From Octopus vulgaris (lineage: Eukaryota), in the NCBI GenBank assembly GCA_951406725.2, contig OX597818.1, positions 55,366,001 to 55,430,000 on the forward strand: a stretch of DNA of 64,000 bases. Reading direction: 5' to 3'. The notes beneath the pieces were generated by a model. It was not told where the DNA came from and did not search any database. It worked only from the letters and a program-made list of their open reading frames with translations. The position numbers and the translations under genes are program-made. Positions 52,091 to 64,000 of the stretch are shown here, in pieces (position 1 is the stretch's first letter; every line of letters starts with the position of its first letter).

Positions 52091-52990
52091 CCATGAGGCT
52101 TCCTGAATTACAGGAAATCGAGAGAATGTAAGAAATTCGTAGCTTACTACACAAACAACACAATAGAGAACGCTGGAGAAATATTTTCTTTGACAAGAGA
52201 AAAGATAGAAGAGAAGCGAGAGATATACAGTAACAGTACCGAATAGTAATGTTTATACGCCAACAAAATGTGGCAGTTCTATACAGGACGATGTTACTGT
52301 TGTTTTTGTTTTCTCTTTTACGCCCTTTTCAAGCCTAGCCAGGCTCATGGGCCCGGTTTCTGTGGCGTATGTGTTTCCCCCAGCTGGACGGGACGCCAGT
52401 CCATCGCAGCGTGACTCAAGAAACAGGAAGAGAGAGTGAGAGAAAGTTGTGGCAAAAGAGTACAACAGGAGTCGCCACCCCCCCCTGCTGGAGCATCGTG
52501 GAGCTTTTAGGTGTTTTCGCTCAATAAATACACACACAACGCCCGGTCTGGGAATCGAAACCGCAATCCTCCGACCACGAGTCTGCTGACCTAACCACTA
52601 GGCCATTGCGCCTCCACACTGTTGTTTCAGCCCCAGAAAAGAAAAAAACAAACAGCTTTTCCAGTTGGCTATCGACACACAGTCTGTGTCCGTATAGCAT
52701 TTGCAAGGGAGGTCATCGCTCTCATCCTTAGTCTTACGTGATACTCACAGGCCCAGGTTTCTAGGTGATTACCTGTCCTCAGGTTCAAATCTTAAGATCA
52801 ACTCAGCTTTGCCTTCCCTCATTCTGGAGTTGATCAAATTAAGTACCTGGCAATTACTAGTGATGACAGAATGAACTGTTTGCTCCTCCATCAAATTTGA
52901 GACCTGTCGTATTTCCTTTATATAAATTTTTAAATCACACACACACACACACACAACGAAATTTGTTAATGTGGGAATTTTCAATTACAT

Positions 52991-53032
52991 CACTTCCGGT
53001 TTACGCATACAACTACACACAAACCGGATGTG
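52991..53032. promoter_or_regulatory. Inverted pair of high-affinity class I ETS motifs
   Basis: CACTTCCGGT (ACCGGAAGTG on the minus strand) and ACCGGATGTG. Confidence 0.5.
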
Positions 53033-54217
53033 TCTGTGTGAGCAAAATGGATGAAATTTGCTTTATTGAAATAATAAATATTAATGTCTGCTCTGCACGT
53101 ATCGGTCCTTGTGAGAACGCATAAGTATTAGCATACGTCGAGTACGCGTTTGTACAGTGTGTGTGTATGTGTGTGTGCGTGCGTGTGTGAATATGTGCGT
53201 TGCGTGTATGTGTGTGCGCGCGTGTGTATGTGTGCGTGTGTGTGAGCGCATGTGTCTTGTGCAAGCGTTGCGTGCGTGTGTATGTGTGCGTTGCGTATGT
53301 GTGTGTGTGTGTGTGTGCATGCGTTGCGTGTGTGTGTGTGTTGCCCTTGTGTTATTAACAATTGCCACAAAAGCGGAAATTGCCAATATCTCTGAATAAG
53401 AAGAGATGATAATTTCTAGAAATTAAGACTGTTTTCACGGTTGAGTAAACGTACGTAAAAAAAAGGACAAATCCCTCTTTGTTTGGAAGGTGAGGGACTG
53501 GTTTGGACACCTGTTTTGACCCCATCAGCATATCACTGACCCCCGTCCCCGCTTCTTTGCACCTGATAATTTACCATATAGAAAAAAATCTTGGAATCAT
53601 TTCCTTTTAAAAGAAAAAGAAACTAAGGGAAGCAACCCAAAGAGTCTAGTGACGTAAATTTGAATAATAATGTTGGTATGGTAACATTTTACCATGACTG
53701 GAAATGTTTTCACAGAAGATTGGTAATGAACAACACCGCTTGTATGACGGTAGCATTCATTTACAATGAATTAAGGCGGGGAGCTGGCAGAAACGTTAGC
53801 ACGCCGGACGAAATGCGTAGCGGTATTTCGTCTGCCTCTACGTTCTGAGTTCAAATTCTGCCGAGGTCGACTTTGCCTTTCATCCTTTCGGGGCCGATTA
53901 AAATAAGTACCAGTTACGCACTGGGGTTGATGTAATCGACTTAATCCGTTTGTCTGTCCTTGTTTGTCCTCTCTGTGTTTAGCCCCTTGTGGGTAGTAAA
54001 GAAATAGGTAGCATTCATTTACGACAATCACATTGTCAAGACAAACACATGGGCGCGCGCGCGCGCGACGAGTTTCATCCAGTTTCCAACAACGAAACCG
54101 GAATGCTGTGAACGAAGCCCAAATTTATTAAATCTTTCCTCGCGAACAGATCAACGTTGCAGTCTTCAGAAAGCAATGCATATCTGCACGTTTTGCATAT
54201 CTGCACAATGATCTCAT

Positions 54218-54629
54218 TATCAACGAGGATTTTTCTGTAAGAAGAAACTCCATTCTTCGAGATTGTGGAATTTTTCTCCGACACCGAGTTTTCCCTTGCG
54301 TTTGGGATCGAACCATGAAGTAGAATGCCAAATTTAAACTAAAGCATCATTTCTATCAACGAGGATTTTTCTGTAAGAAGAAACTCCATTCTTCGAGATT
54401 GTGGAATTTTTCTCCGATATCGAGTTTTTCCTTGCGTTTGGGATCGAACCACGAAGTAGAATGCCAAATTTAAACTAAAGCATCACTTCTATCAACGAGG
54501 ATTTTTCTGTAAGAAGAAACTCCATTCTTCGAGATTGTGGAATTTTTCTCCGATATCGAGTTTTTCCTTGCGTTTGGGATCGAACCACGAAGTAGAATGC
54601 CATATTTAAACTAAAACACCACTTCTATC
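54218..54629 (+). repeat. Tandem array, 3 x 136 bp
   Basis: tatcaacgaggattttt recurs at 54218, 54354 and 54490. Confidence 0.95.
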
Positions 54630-55714
54630 TTTTTAATGCTAACGGTGAGTCCGTAACGAATGGTGCCACTTATACACAAGAAAAAAAGTTAATACTATGA
54701 AAGGGAAAACCAAATTGTACAAAGATTTGACACTAAATTAGGGGTGCGGCGTATACACGAATAACTATGGAATTTCTTCTCGGTTCTTAAGCTTGAGGTT
54801 TATAAGAAGTCACTGGCTTGCCGATCACACCAACATAAGATATGTGCTAACCAGTTAGATGTCTATGGTCCATTCGTCATCTTGGGTTTTTCAGTGGGTA
54901 GGGTTAGAGGTATATTTCTAGCCCAAACTGTCTGACGAAACGGGTATCCCTGTGCGCATGGAAACCCTAAGGTTCGGCTGACTGAATTAAATTATCTGTA
55001 TTCCACTTCAGTTATCAAGTACTTTTTTCTCTTGCTCGTTACCTCACACACACACACACTGTCTGTCTGTCTGTCTCTCTCTCACTCACTTACGTACTCT
55101 CCCCTGTATTCTTGGGGGTCGGAATTAATGAATATATCTATATGAAAATAGAAAGATAGAATTATAAGAAACCCCTGCCTAGCCAAAAAAGAAAAAAAAA
55201 GGGATAATTAAAGAATATCTGATTTCTGAAGTACTGAAGCAAAATATAGAATTGAACCTCGATATATGAATAATGACGGTCGGTTATTTTAATTGGAGCT
55301 TACATGAAGGTATAACCTACATTTAGTAGCGGAACCGGTGGGTTGGCAAGCGAAGGCTCTCGTCTTACGTTGTCAGTGAGTGCTTTTAACTGATCCCCAT
55401 CTTGTAAGGTTGATTGTATTTAGGATGATACAATGTCTCAGTTATCGACTGCTGAGAGAAAAAGACTACCACTCGTAGCTTTGCCTCTATCATTGTAGAT
55501 AACCCACCAACCCAACTATTACATATAAACGTACATACCCCTCGTGTGTATGCGTATATATATATACGCATGCAGCTGTGAGTATATGTGAGTGTGCAAC
55601 GTATATATTTCTACACATTATTTTATGTATTCATGGATAATTAGTGCGCACTCTAATATATTCGATGGTAATTTTGTTTTTTAGGAAAAACCGGAGAAAG
55701 GGATGGTGTTTAAC

Positions 55715-55838
55715 ATGTAAGTTTATTTATGTGTATATACGATATATATACATATATTTATACACACGCACACACACACATTTTTATGCACACACAATCA
55801 TACACATACAAATATGTATAAGTACTTATACATACTCG

Positions 55839-55869
<31 letters not shown>

Positions 55870-56298
55870 GATATATATATATACATAAGTTTATTTATGT
55901 GTATATGTGATATATATATATATATATATATACATATATTTATACACACGCACACACACACACGTGTATATGCACACACAATCCTACACATACAAATATG
56001 TATAAGTACTTATACATACTCACACACGCACACACACATATACATAAGTTTATTTATGTGTATATATATGATATATATACATATATTTATACACACGCAC
56101 GCACACACATTTTTATGCGCACGCAATCATATACAAATATAAGTACTTATACATACTCGCAGACATATATATACATAAGTTTATTTATGTGTATATATGA
56201 TATATATACATGTATTTATACACACGCACGCACACACACACATGTATATGCACACACAATCCTACACATACAAATATGTATAAGTACTTATACATACT

Positions 56299-56353
<55 letters not shown>

Positions 56354-56480
56354 ATATATACATAAGTTTATTTATGCGTATATATGATATATATACATAT
56401 ATATATACACGCACACACACACAATCATACACATACAAATATGTATAAATACTTATACATACTCACACATACACATACAC
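55715..56480 (+). repeat. Compound tandem repeat (~130-180 bp units with TA/CA tracts)
   Basis: taagtttatttatg..aagtacttatacatactc recurs about five times. Confidence 0.85.
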
Positions 56481-57174
56481 AAATATTTACGTACTATATC
56501 TATACACACATTTATGTGTAGTTGTATACGTATATACATATCTCTTCACACACACATATACACACACACATATACACACACACTTATTATAATACCAGCA
56601 TATATTCGCAAAACCTCAACATTTATTCATTATATACACATATTTCCGCAACCGTTCTTTCTTTTCTCTTCAATTTCGTGATGAAAATCTTCTTGCTTCG
56701 CTTCAATTTAAACGATGTATAGAGAAACATCAGCAAGATGCCATCAGACGATATGTCTTTTTCTCTCATAGTCACTTATCAGTTGAAGCTCAGATTTTTT
56801 TGCAGACGATCATGTCAGAGTTAACTGTTCTTGAGTGACCTTTCTTTTCTCTTGCCAGTAGATGGCATTAGTCGCTCTTCATTGAGCTGTGTTAGTGGTT
56901 TTTTAATCAGGCCGAGTAAACCTATGATCAAAGGCGTTCCAGTCGTGACCATCTCATCATATATCTTGTGACATTGTAAGTAGAACTGTATTATATAAGA
57001 TAGTTAACTGAAGGATCAGAATAGCCTAACGAATGACTGTATATTCATTCCATTATCCGTTTATTTGCGGCTCACATTATGAATAAGGCGTTCATGAACG
57101 ACTGCCCCTATTCGGCTGCAAATTCCGTTTTAATCTTTAATGCGTCCCGCCAAGCCAAACGAGTTTGATACTTA

Positions 57175-57602
57175 AGATCTTTTCGGCTTGAACGGCAGTT
57201 TTTAAAAATAATTTCCACGTAACTAAACACTTTTAAACTTCGTATACTGGTAGAATGTGTTTATAAAACATCATTTTCTCTTGGCTTTATTGAGAAAATT
57301 CTATAGTTTGTAAGATATTTGTTGTTGTTTTTTTCAATTTCTGCAATTTCAACCAATCACTGACGTCTATTGAGGTAAAAAAAAACATTCTGTGCCGTAT
57401 GAATATGTCCCTCGTTTAAGAAACAGATTGGGTTTATTTACATTTCTGAAGAAAAAAGATACCCTTCCCCCACCCCTAACCCTAACCAACCCTAACCCTA
57501 AAACAGATTGAAATGCAATAGATCGATACTAGGGTCATAATTATGGATGACAATTTCATATGACACCGCTAGAAAAAACTGCCGTTCAAACCGAAAAGAT
57601 CC
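57175..57602. mobile_element. Second copy of the GGATC MITE (opposite orientation)
   Basis: Reverse-complement homologue of 25217-25633; TSD gatactta/aatactta. Confidence 0.85.
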
Positions 57603-57838
57603 AATACTTACCTTTGGTCTATATAGCGGTTCGACTTGTGAGAAACAATAGCCAAATCTCACTTGTTATGTGCTCATAAATTAGTTTGATAGTTGAGCTC
57701 TGATTGGCTGTATGCAAATGAGTTCATAACTGGGGTCCGGAACTCTCGTCGGAAAAAAACTTCGCGGCCGGTCATGACTAAAGACATTCCAAAGGGTATC
57801 TAAGAATACATTATCCGATGTGTCCATTTTTCTTCAGG

Positions 57839-57869
57839 ATTGGAACGATACAGAGAAGATTAGCATGGC
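57839..57869 (+). pseudogene. U6: U6 snRNA internal fragment (31 nt)
   Basis: ATTGGAACGATACAGAGAAGATTAGCATGGC matches the conserved metazoan U6 core, including the ACAGAGA box and AGC triad. Confidence 0.9.
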
Positions 57870-58831
57870 GGAAACTGAAAGAAGCACAAGGCATTGAGCT
57901 GGCAGAATCGTTAGCACGCCGGGTGAAATGCTTAGCGGTATTTCGTCTGCCGTTACGTTGTGAGTTCAAATTCCGCCGAGGTTGACTTTACCTTTCATCC
58001 TTTCAGGGTCGATTAAATAAGTACCAGTTACACACTGGGGTCGATACAATCGACTTCATCCGTTTGTCTGTCTTTGTTTGTCCTCTCTGTGTTTAGCCCC
58101 TTGTGGGTAGTAAAGAAATATGTATTTCGCTTGCCGTTACGTCCTGTGTTCAAATTCCGCCGCGGTCGACTTTACCTTTCATCCTTTCAGGGTCGATTAA
58201 ATAAGTACCAGTTACACACTGGGGTCGATACAATCGACTTCATCCGTTTGTCTGTCTTTGTTTGTCCTCTCTGTGTTTAGCCCCTTGTGGGTAGTAAAGA
58301 AATAGGTATTTCGTCTGCCGCCGAAGTCGACTTTACCTTTCATCATTTCGGAGTCGATTAAATAAGTACCAGTTACGCACTGGGGTCGATATAATCGAAT
58401 TAACCCATTTGTCTGTCCTTGTTTGCCCAACTATGTGTTTAGCCCCTTGTGAGCAGCAAAGAAATAGGAAACTGAAAGAAGCATGTCGTGTGTGTGTGCG
58501 TGTGTGTATACACATAAACACACATTACGGCAATCCGTCGGTTACGACGACGAGGGTTCCGCTTAATCCGATCAACGGAACAGCCTGCTCGTGAAATTAA
58601 CGTGCAAGTGGCTGAGCACTCCACAGATACATGTACCCTTAACATAGTTCTCGGGGAGATTCAGCGTGACACAGAGTGTGACAAGGCTGGACCTTCAGAA
58701 ATACGGGTACAACAGAAACAGGAGCTTTAAGTGTTTTCGCTCAATAAACACTCTGGGAATCGAAGCCGCGATCGTATGACCGCGAATCCGCTGCCCTAAC
58801 CACTGGGCCATTGCACCTCCACGCACACACA

Positions 58832-58902
<71 letters not shown>

Positions 58903-59344
58903 TTTGACCCCACCCCACGACCAATTTATACTCGGTGATGGTGTGTTGACGTCCCCGTGTCTTTGCAGCTCGGCAGAATAAGTACCAGGCTTTTAAAAAA
59001 AATAAGTATCGAAATCAATTCATTCGACTAAAACAATAAAAAAAAATTGTTCAAAAAGGTGCTCCAGCATGGCCAGAATCTAATGACTGAAACAAATAAA
59101 AGATAAAGAAACAATAACGCAAAGCAACCAAACGAATTAAACGACAGTCAACAATGGCAACACGAACAATTTGGTTGAACAAGCTGTAGAACAATACCGA
59201 AAGAAACACGTATCACATCCAATAAAATCAGATATAAATGTACTGCGTGACCCCAATCTAATTATAGAAAGGATAATTACATTAGCTAAAACAGCCTCAT
59301 AAAATAACTTATATTGCAACTAATAGTAGTAATATGTTTGCTAT

Positions 59345-59712
59345 GGAGGCGCAATGGCTCAGTGGTTAGAACAGCGGACTCGCGGTCATAGGATCGCTGT
59401 TTCGATTCCCAGACCGGGTGTTGTGTTTGTTTGTTTATTGAGCGAAAACGCCTAAAGCTTCAGAGGCTCCGACAGGAGAGGTGGCGAACCCTGCTCTACT
59501 CTTTCACCGCTCTTTCTGTTTCTTCCTGTTTCTGTTTTACCTGTATTTCAAAGGGCCAGCCTTGTCGCACTCTGTCTCGTTGAATCTCCCCAAGAACTAC
59601 GCTAAAGGTACACGTGTCTGTGGAGTGCTCAGCCATTTGCATGTTAACTTCACGAGCAAGCTGTTCCGCTGATCGGATCGACTGGAACCCTCGTCGCCGT
59701 AACCGACGGAGC
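59345..59712 (+). mobile_element. tRNA-derived SINE family C, representative copy
   Basis: Head ggaggcgcaatggctcagtggttag..gtttcgattccc. Related copies at 994-1318, 33297-33435, 40229-40462, 43837-44010, 44484-44660, 52325-52616(-) and 58530-58821(-). Confidence 0.78.
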
Positions 59713-60599
59713 CCCACGATGAGGAATATGCTACTACACACCCTACCATCTTTAAGAAAGAAGGACACATCGGATAATGTATTCTTAGATACCCTTTGGA
59801 ATGTCTTTAGTCTTAGGCCCAGTTAATTGCTGAAAGATGCAATATCGAAGCAACTCTCGGACCTTATAGTCGGACTTTTACAAAAATATCCTCATTGTTG
59901 AGTGGACGTTGCCTTATGACGGTAAAATTAAGTGGGCACAAGAACAGGTTGGATAAAACCTGAGAATGGCAGTGTAGGGTGGTGCTTCCAGTAGAGATGA
60001 GATGACATAAGATTGTTATCAAAATGTGGTTTTTAAATTTCTTTTTTTATTGAAGATTTCAAAACTGAAAAGTTTTAATCCACTGCGAGATAGCCTTCCT
60101 TATTTTTCTTTTCTCTCTCATATACTTTGTCGCGCTACTTTCTACAGATGTAGCAGTATAAACGCTTTTCGAAATTACAAGTTTGATCCAGTGTCAGCTA
60201 AATTATCTTGATTCCAGTATCTTTTCATATTTGTTATGTGTTTTTGAAAAAATAGAAAGCAGAAGGACAGTGGTCTTAATTGATTGCAGCAAATATAAAT
60301 TTGTATTAGAAAAAAACTCCAGAGTTGGGAGTAAAACCGAATCATTAGCGAGTCGTAAAATGGATGGAGTTGTTACACTGGCCCTTAATTTGGGATGATT
60401 GTTGCAAGGATGGTGGAGTGTAAAACGTGTGTTACTAGTGTGGAACTAAAGAACCCTGACATTCCCTGGTACCATTAGCTCTTCTCCGGCTCTGCTGGAG
60501 AGAATGATACTGTCAGACGGTAACGAAATCGTTGTGATATCCCGTCGCCGGCTGATGAAAGGAATGTCCTCAGTGTAAACTTTAATGATATATAATATA

Positions 60600-61600
<1,001 letters not shown>

Positions 61601-62283
61601 TGGAGGGGCGAGTAATTAATAGCTAGCCAGAAATCTCGTAAATTTCTTGCAGCTACCTTAAGAATATAAGAGATTAAAATATTTCTCGATCATCTTTTCC
61701 TTACATTCTGTGTATATATATATACGTCTATTACATGCGTATGTTGTACAGTAATGTTACGCATGCATATATACATATTTTGACGTAAGCTCTGGCTAGT
61801 ATTGTCGATGCTGGCGCTGAAGTGAGTGTGTTTGTGTGTTTAAGAGAGGGTTATCTTTGTCGAACATATTATGAATGTAAGTTAGGTTGTTTGGTTGTAG
61901 TTTGATAAGATGCAAACATCAGCATCACCCCCTCGCTCCCACCCTCCATCTTATCTGGCTGCTATCTGTAGTTTAGCCCTGATGCAGACATCTGGAGACA
62001 TTTTTGTGACATTTCTCGTTCCTCTCAGACGTGCCTGGGTGACGTTTTCTCCATATTTTTCTGCCTTAATGGGATGCCAGTTCTCTAATGAGTCTTCACA
62101 GCTCTTCTCTCTCCAACGTATGATTCGCTTCACAAATTTATCTCGCGAGGCACACAGTGCAGCCTTATACACACGCACAAACGCACCACACACGTACGAA
62201 TACACTCGTACAAATATACATATATGCACGCACGTATACATACACGCATGCATGCATACACACACTGGTTATGATGATTTCTT

Positions 62284-62316
<33 letters not shown>

Positions 62317-62492
62317 CGTTTAAATATTTGTTGTGCAAGATTTTTTATGTGAAGTCGTGTGTTGAAACAGATATTGTTATATTTCGGAATGGTCATATTG
62401 CCAGTTTAGCCAATAAAAACACACGCACTATATATTTGGTGTTATTTTGCTTCAGTGATATTTATTTTTTACATTAATCTTAATCTTATTTC

Positions 62493-62537
62493 GGCCAAAG
62501 TTCTTTCGTCACACTCCTGTGACCGCATCAGTGGTCC
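62493..62537 (-). ncRNA. Hammerhead-like motif in the PLE pLTR, variant core (A9C)
   Basis: Minus strand: ggacca-CTGATGCG-gtcac(aggagt)gtgac-GAAA-gaac-TT-tggcc. Confidence 0.55.
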
Positions 62538-62645
62538 TTTGTTTTCTTCTCACTTACTTGTGTCTCTCCTTACTAACCGTCAGCCATTTTGTATTTCTAT
62601 TGTATGTCTTCATTTGCGCATGCTTATATCTCTATGTGCGTCTAT

Positions 62646-63476
62646 ATTTTGATGGCAGACCTCGTCAGAATAATGAGAAATGTGTCACGCATGTGCGAGC
62701 CTACAGAATTAAAGAGACACATACAGTATTTCATTCACCGCATGCAGTTCTCAGGTTACAGCCATAAAGAAAGGATCAGAGTATACAAAGGAGCCATGAA
62801 GAAATTTGATAATATATTATGTAATGATAGGAATGGGATTTGCCCACTCTATAGGAACAAGTCATGGAACACTATAGAAAGGACAAAAAAGAAAATAAGG
62901 AAGGCCAACTCTTGGTATGATAGCCATAAATACCAGAGTGTCATGTTCGTTGACACCACCCCTGGAGGTGAACTAGCGTACCGCTTTAGAAGGACCCTAG
63001 ATAAACTTAAACTAAGAATTAAGGTTGTTGAAAAGCCAGGCAACCCTATCAGATCTATAATTGGTAGAACCTATCCTTTTAGTAGAACTCTCTGTACGGA
63101 TAACTATTGCACTGTATGTAGATTTAGCCCACAAACGAACTGTAAAGCCAGAAATGTGGTCTATAGTATAAGATGTATAGAGGGAAGATGCAGTAACAAG
63201 ACAGTAACATACGTAGGGGAAACTGCAAGAAGCATTGGTGAGCGGGTGAATGAACATTGGAGACAACTCAAGGAAGGTAAAAGCTCATCGATTCTGTACC
63301 AACACGCCGAACAAGAACACGGGGGATCAATCAATAACATAGAGATTAAGATATTGTCCACACATAGAACAGATGCAACAATTAGACAAATTACAGAAGC
63401 TACACATATAATAGAAAATAAACCTAGCCTGAATAGAAAACTAGAATGGAGCAATAGCGCACACCACAACATATGA
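62646..63476 (+). CDS. Penelope-like retroelement ORF, 5'-truncated (RT C-terminus, Cys-rich linker, GIY-YIG endonuclease)
   Basis: Motifs [46 protein letters not shown]; linker [10 protein letters not shown]; frame uninterrupted. Confidence 0.9.
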   Translation: MLMADLVRIMRNVSRMCEPTELKRHIQYFIHRMQFSGYSHKERIRVYKGAMKKFDNILCNDRNGICPLYRNKSWNTIERTKKKIRKANSWYDSHKYQSVMFVDTTPGGELAYRFRRTLDKLKLRIKVVEKPGNPIRSIIGRTYPFSRTLCTDNYCTVCRFSPQTNCKARNVVYSIRCIEGRCSNKTVTYVGETARSIGERVNEHWRQLKEGKSSSILYQHAEQEHGGSINNIEIKILSTHRTDATIRQITEATHIIENKPSLNRKLEWSNSAHHNI

Positions 63477-63660
63477 CAATAGTGGATCCTGCAAACATAA
63501 TAAATACACAGGTAATTAAAGAAATAGAAATGAATATCTATATGTATGTATATGTGTATATATATGTATATGTATATGTGTATATGTGTGTGTATATATG
63601 TATATATATATATGTATATGTATATGTATGTATATATATATATATGTATATGTATATTCT

Positions 63661-63695
<35 letters not shown>

Positions 63696-64000
63696 CTCGA
63701 TTAGATTTATTATTATTATTACTAATATTGTTGTTATACATACATACAAGCATATGTAATGATAATAATGGGTGGATGTAAACACATGAACAAAATTAGA
63801 ACAAAAGCAACAACAACAAAAACAAAATACAAATTACAAGAATGTATATAACCAGAAGATACAAATATTACAGACATCCCCCCTCCACACTAAATAAACA
63901 TAGACGCACATAGAGATATAAGCATGCGCAAATGAAGACATACAATAGAAATACAAAATGGCTGACGGTTAGTAAGGAGAGACACAAGTAAGTGAGAAGA

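Larger units (their letters stand above)
62320..64000 (+). mobile_element. Penelope-like element with an inverted 5' pseudo-LTR (runs off the window)
   Basis: 62545-62645 is the exact reverse complement of 63900-64000. The left end lies next to a (TA)n tract; the left boundary is approximate. Confidence 0.85.

Noticed and set aside
54925-54980. CTGACGA...GAAACCCTAAGGTTC hammerhead candidate
   Set aside because: Stem II does not close at the core and there is no stem I.
57700-57900. Functional U6 gene
   Set aside because: Only 31 nt are present; the 5' stem, 3' region, TATA/PSE and poly-T terminator are missing.
62589-62645. N-terminus of the 295-aa ORF
   Set aside because: These codons are the inverted pLTR read through by chance; PLE protein similarity starts at about 62646.
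62646-63476. Selenocysteine recoding as reported for some Naiad PLEs
   Set aside because: There is no in-frame TGA at Cys positions in the visible ORF; the only TGA is the terminal stop.

Overview
Eukaryotic, AT-rich and repeat-dense DNA. The SINE, RTE and microsatellite content suggests an octopus (coleoid cephalopod) genome; that assignment is an inference. The one host gene I can support is an Ets1/2 (pointed) orthologue on the + strand. I reconstructed it by hand from seven coding exons (6053-6172, 7657-7857, 24743-24841, 26470-26553, 29806-30018, 32180-32449, 33894-34237), about 443 aa with PNT and ETS domains; its start codon was not found. The rest is a mosaic of three tRNA-derived SINE families, RTE LINE 3' ends, CR1/L2-group and CRE fragments, Helitrons, 8-bp-TSD MITEs, fold-backs, tandem arrays and Penelope-like elements (PLEs). 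The most notable hidden layer is a set of minimal hammerhead-ribozyme motifs from several short PLE-type elements. Two face each other inside an Ets intron, and several have non-canonical cores. Other highlights are a PLE with a perfect inverted pLTR, an exact 31-nt U6 catalytic-core fragment fused to a SINE, and an inverted pair of near-optimal ETS sites about 19 kb downstream of the Ets gene. All calls were made by eye; no searches were run.
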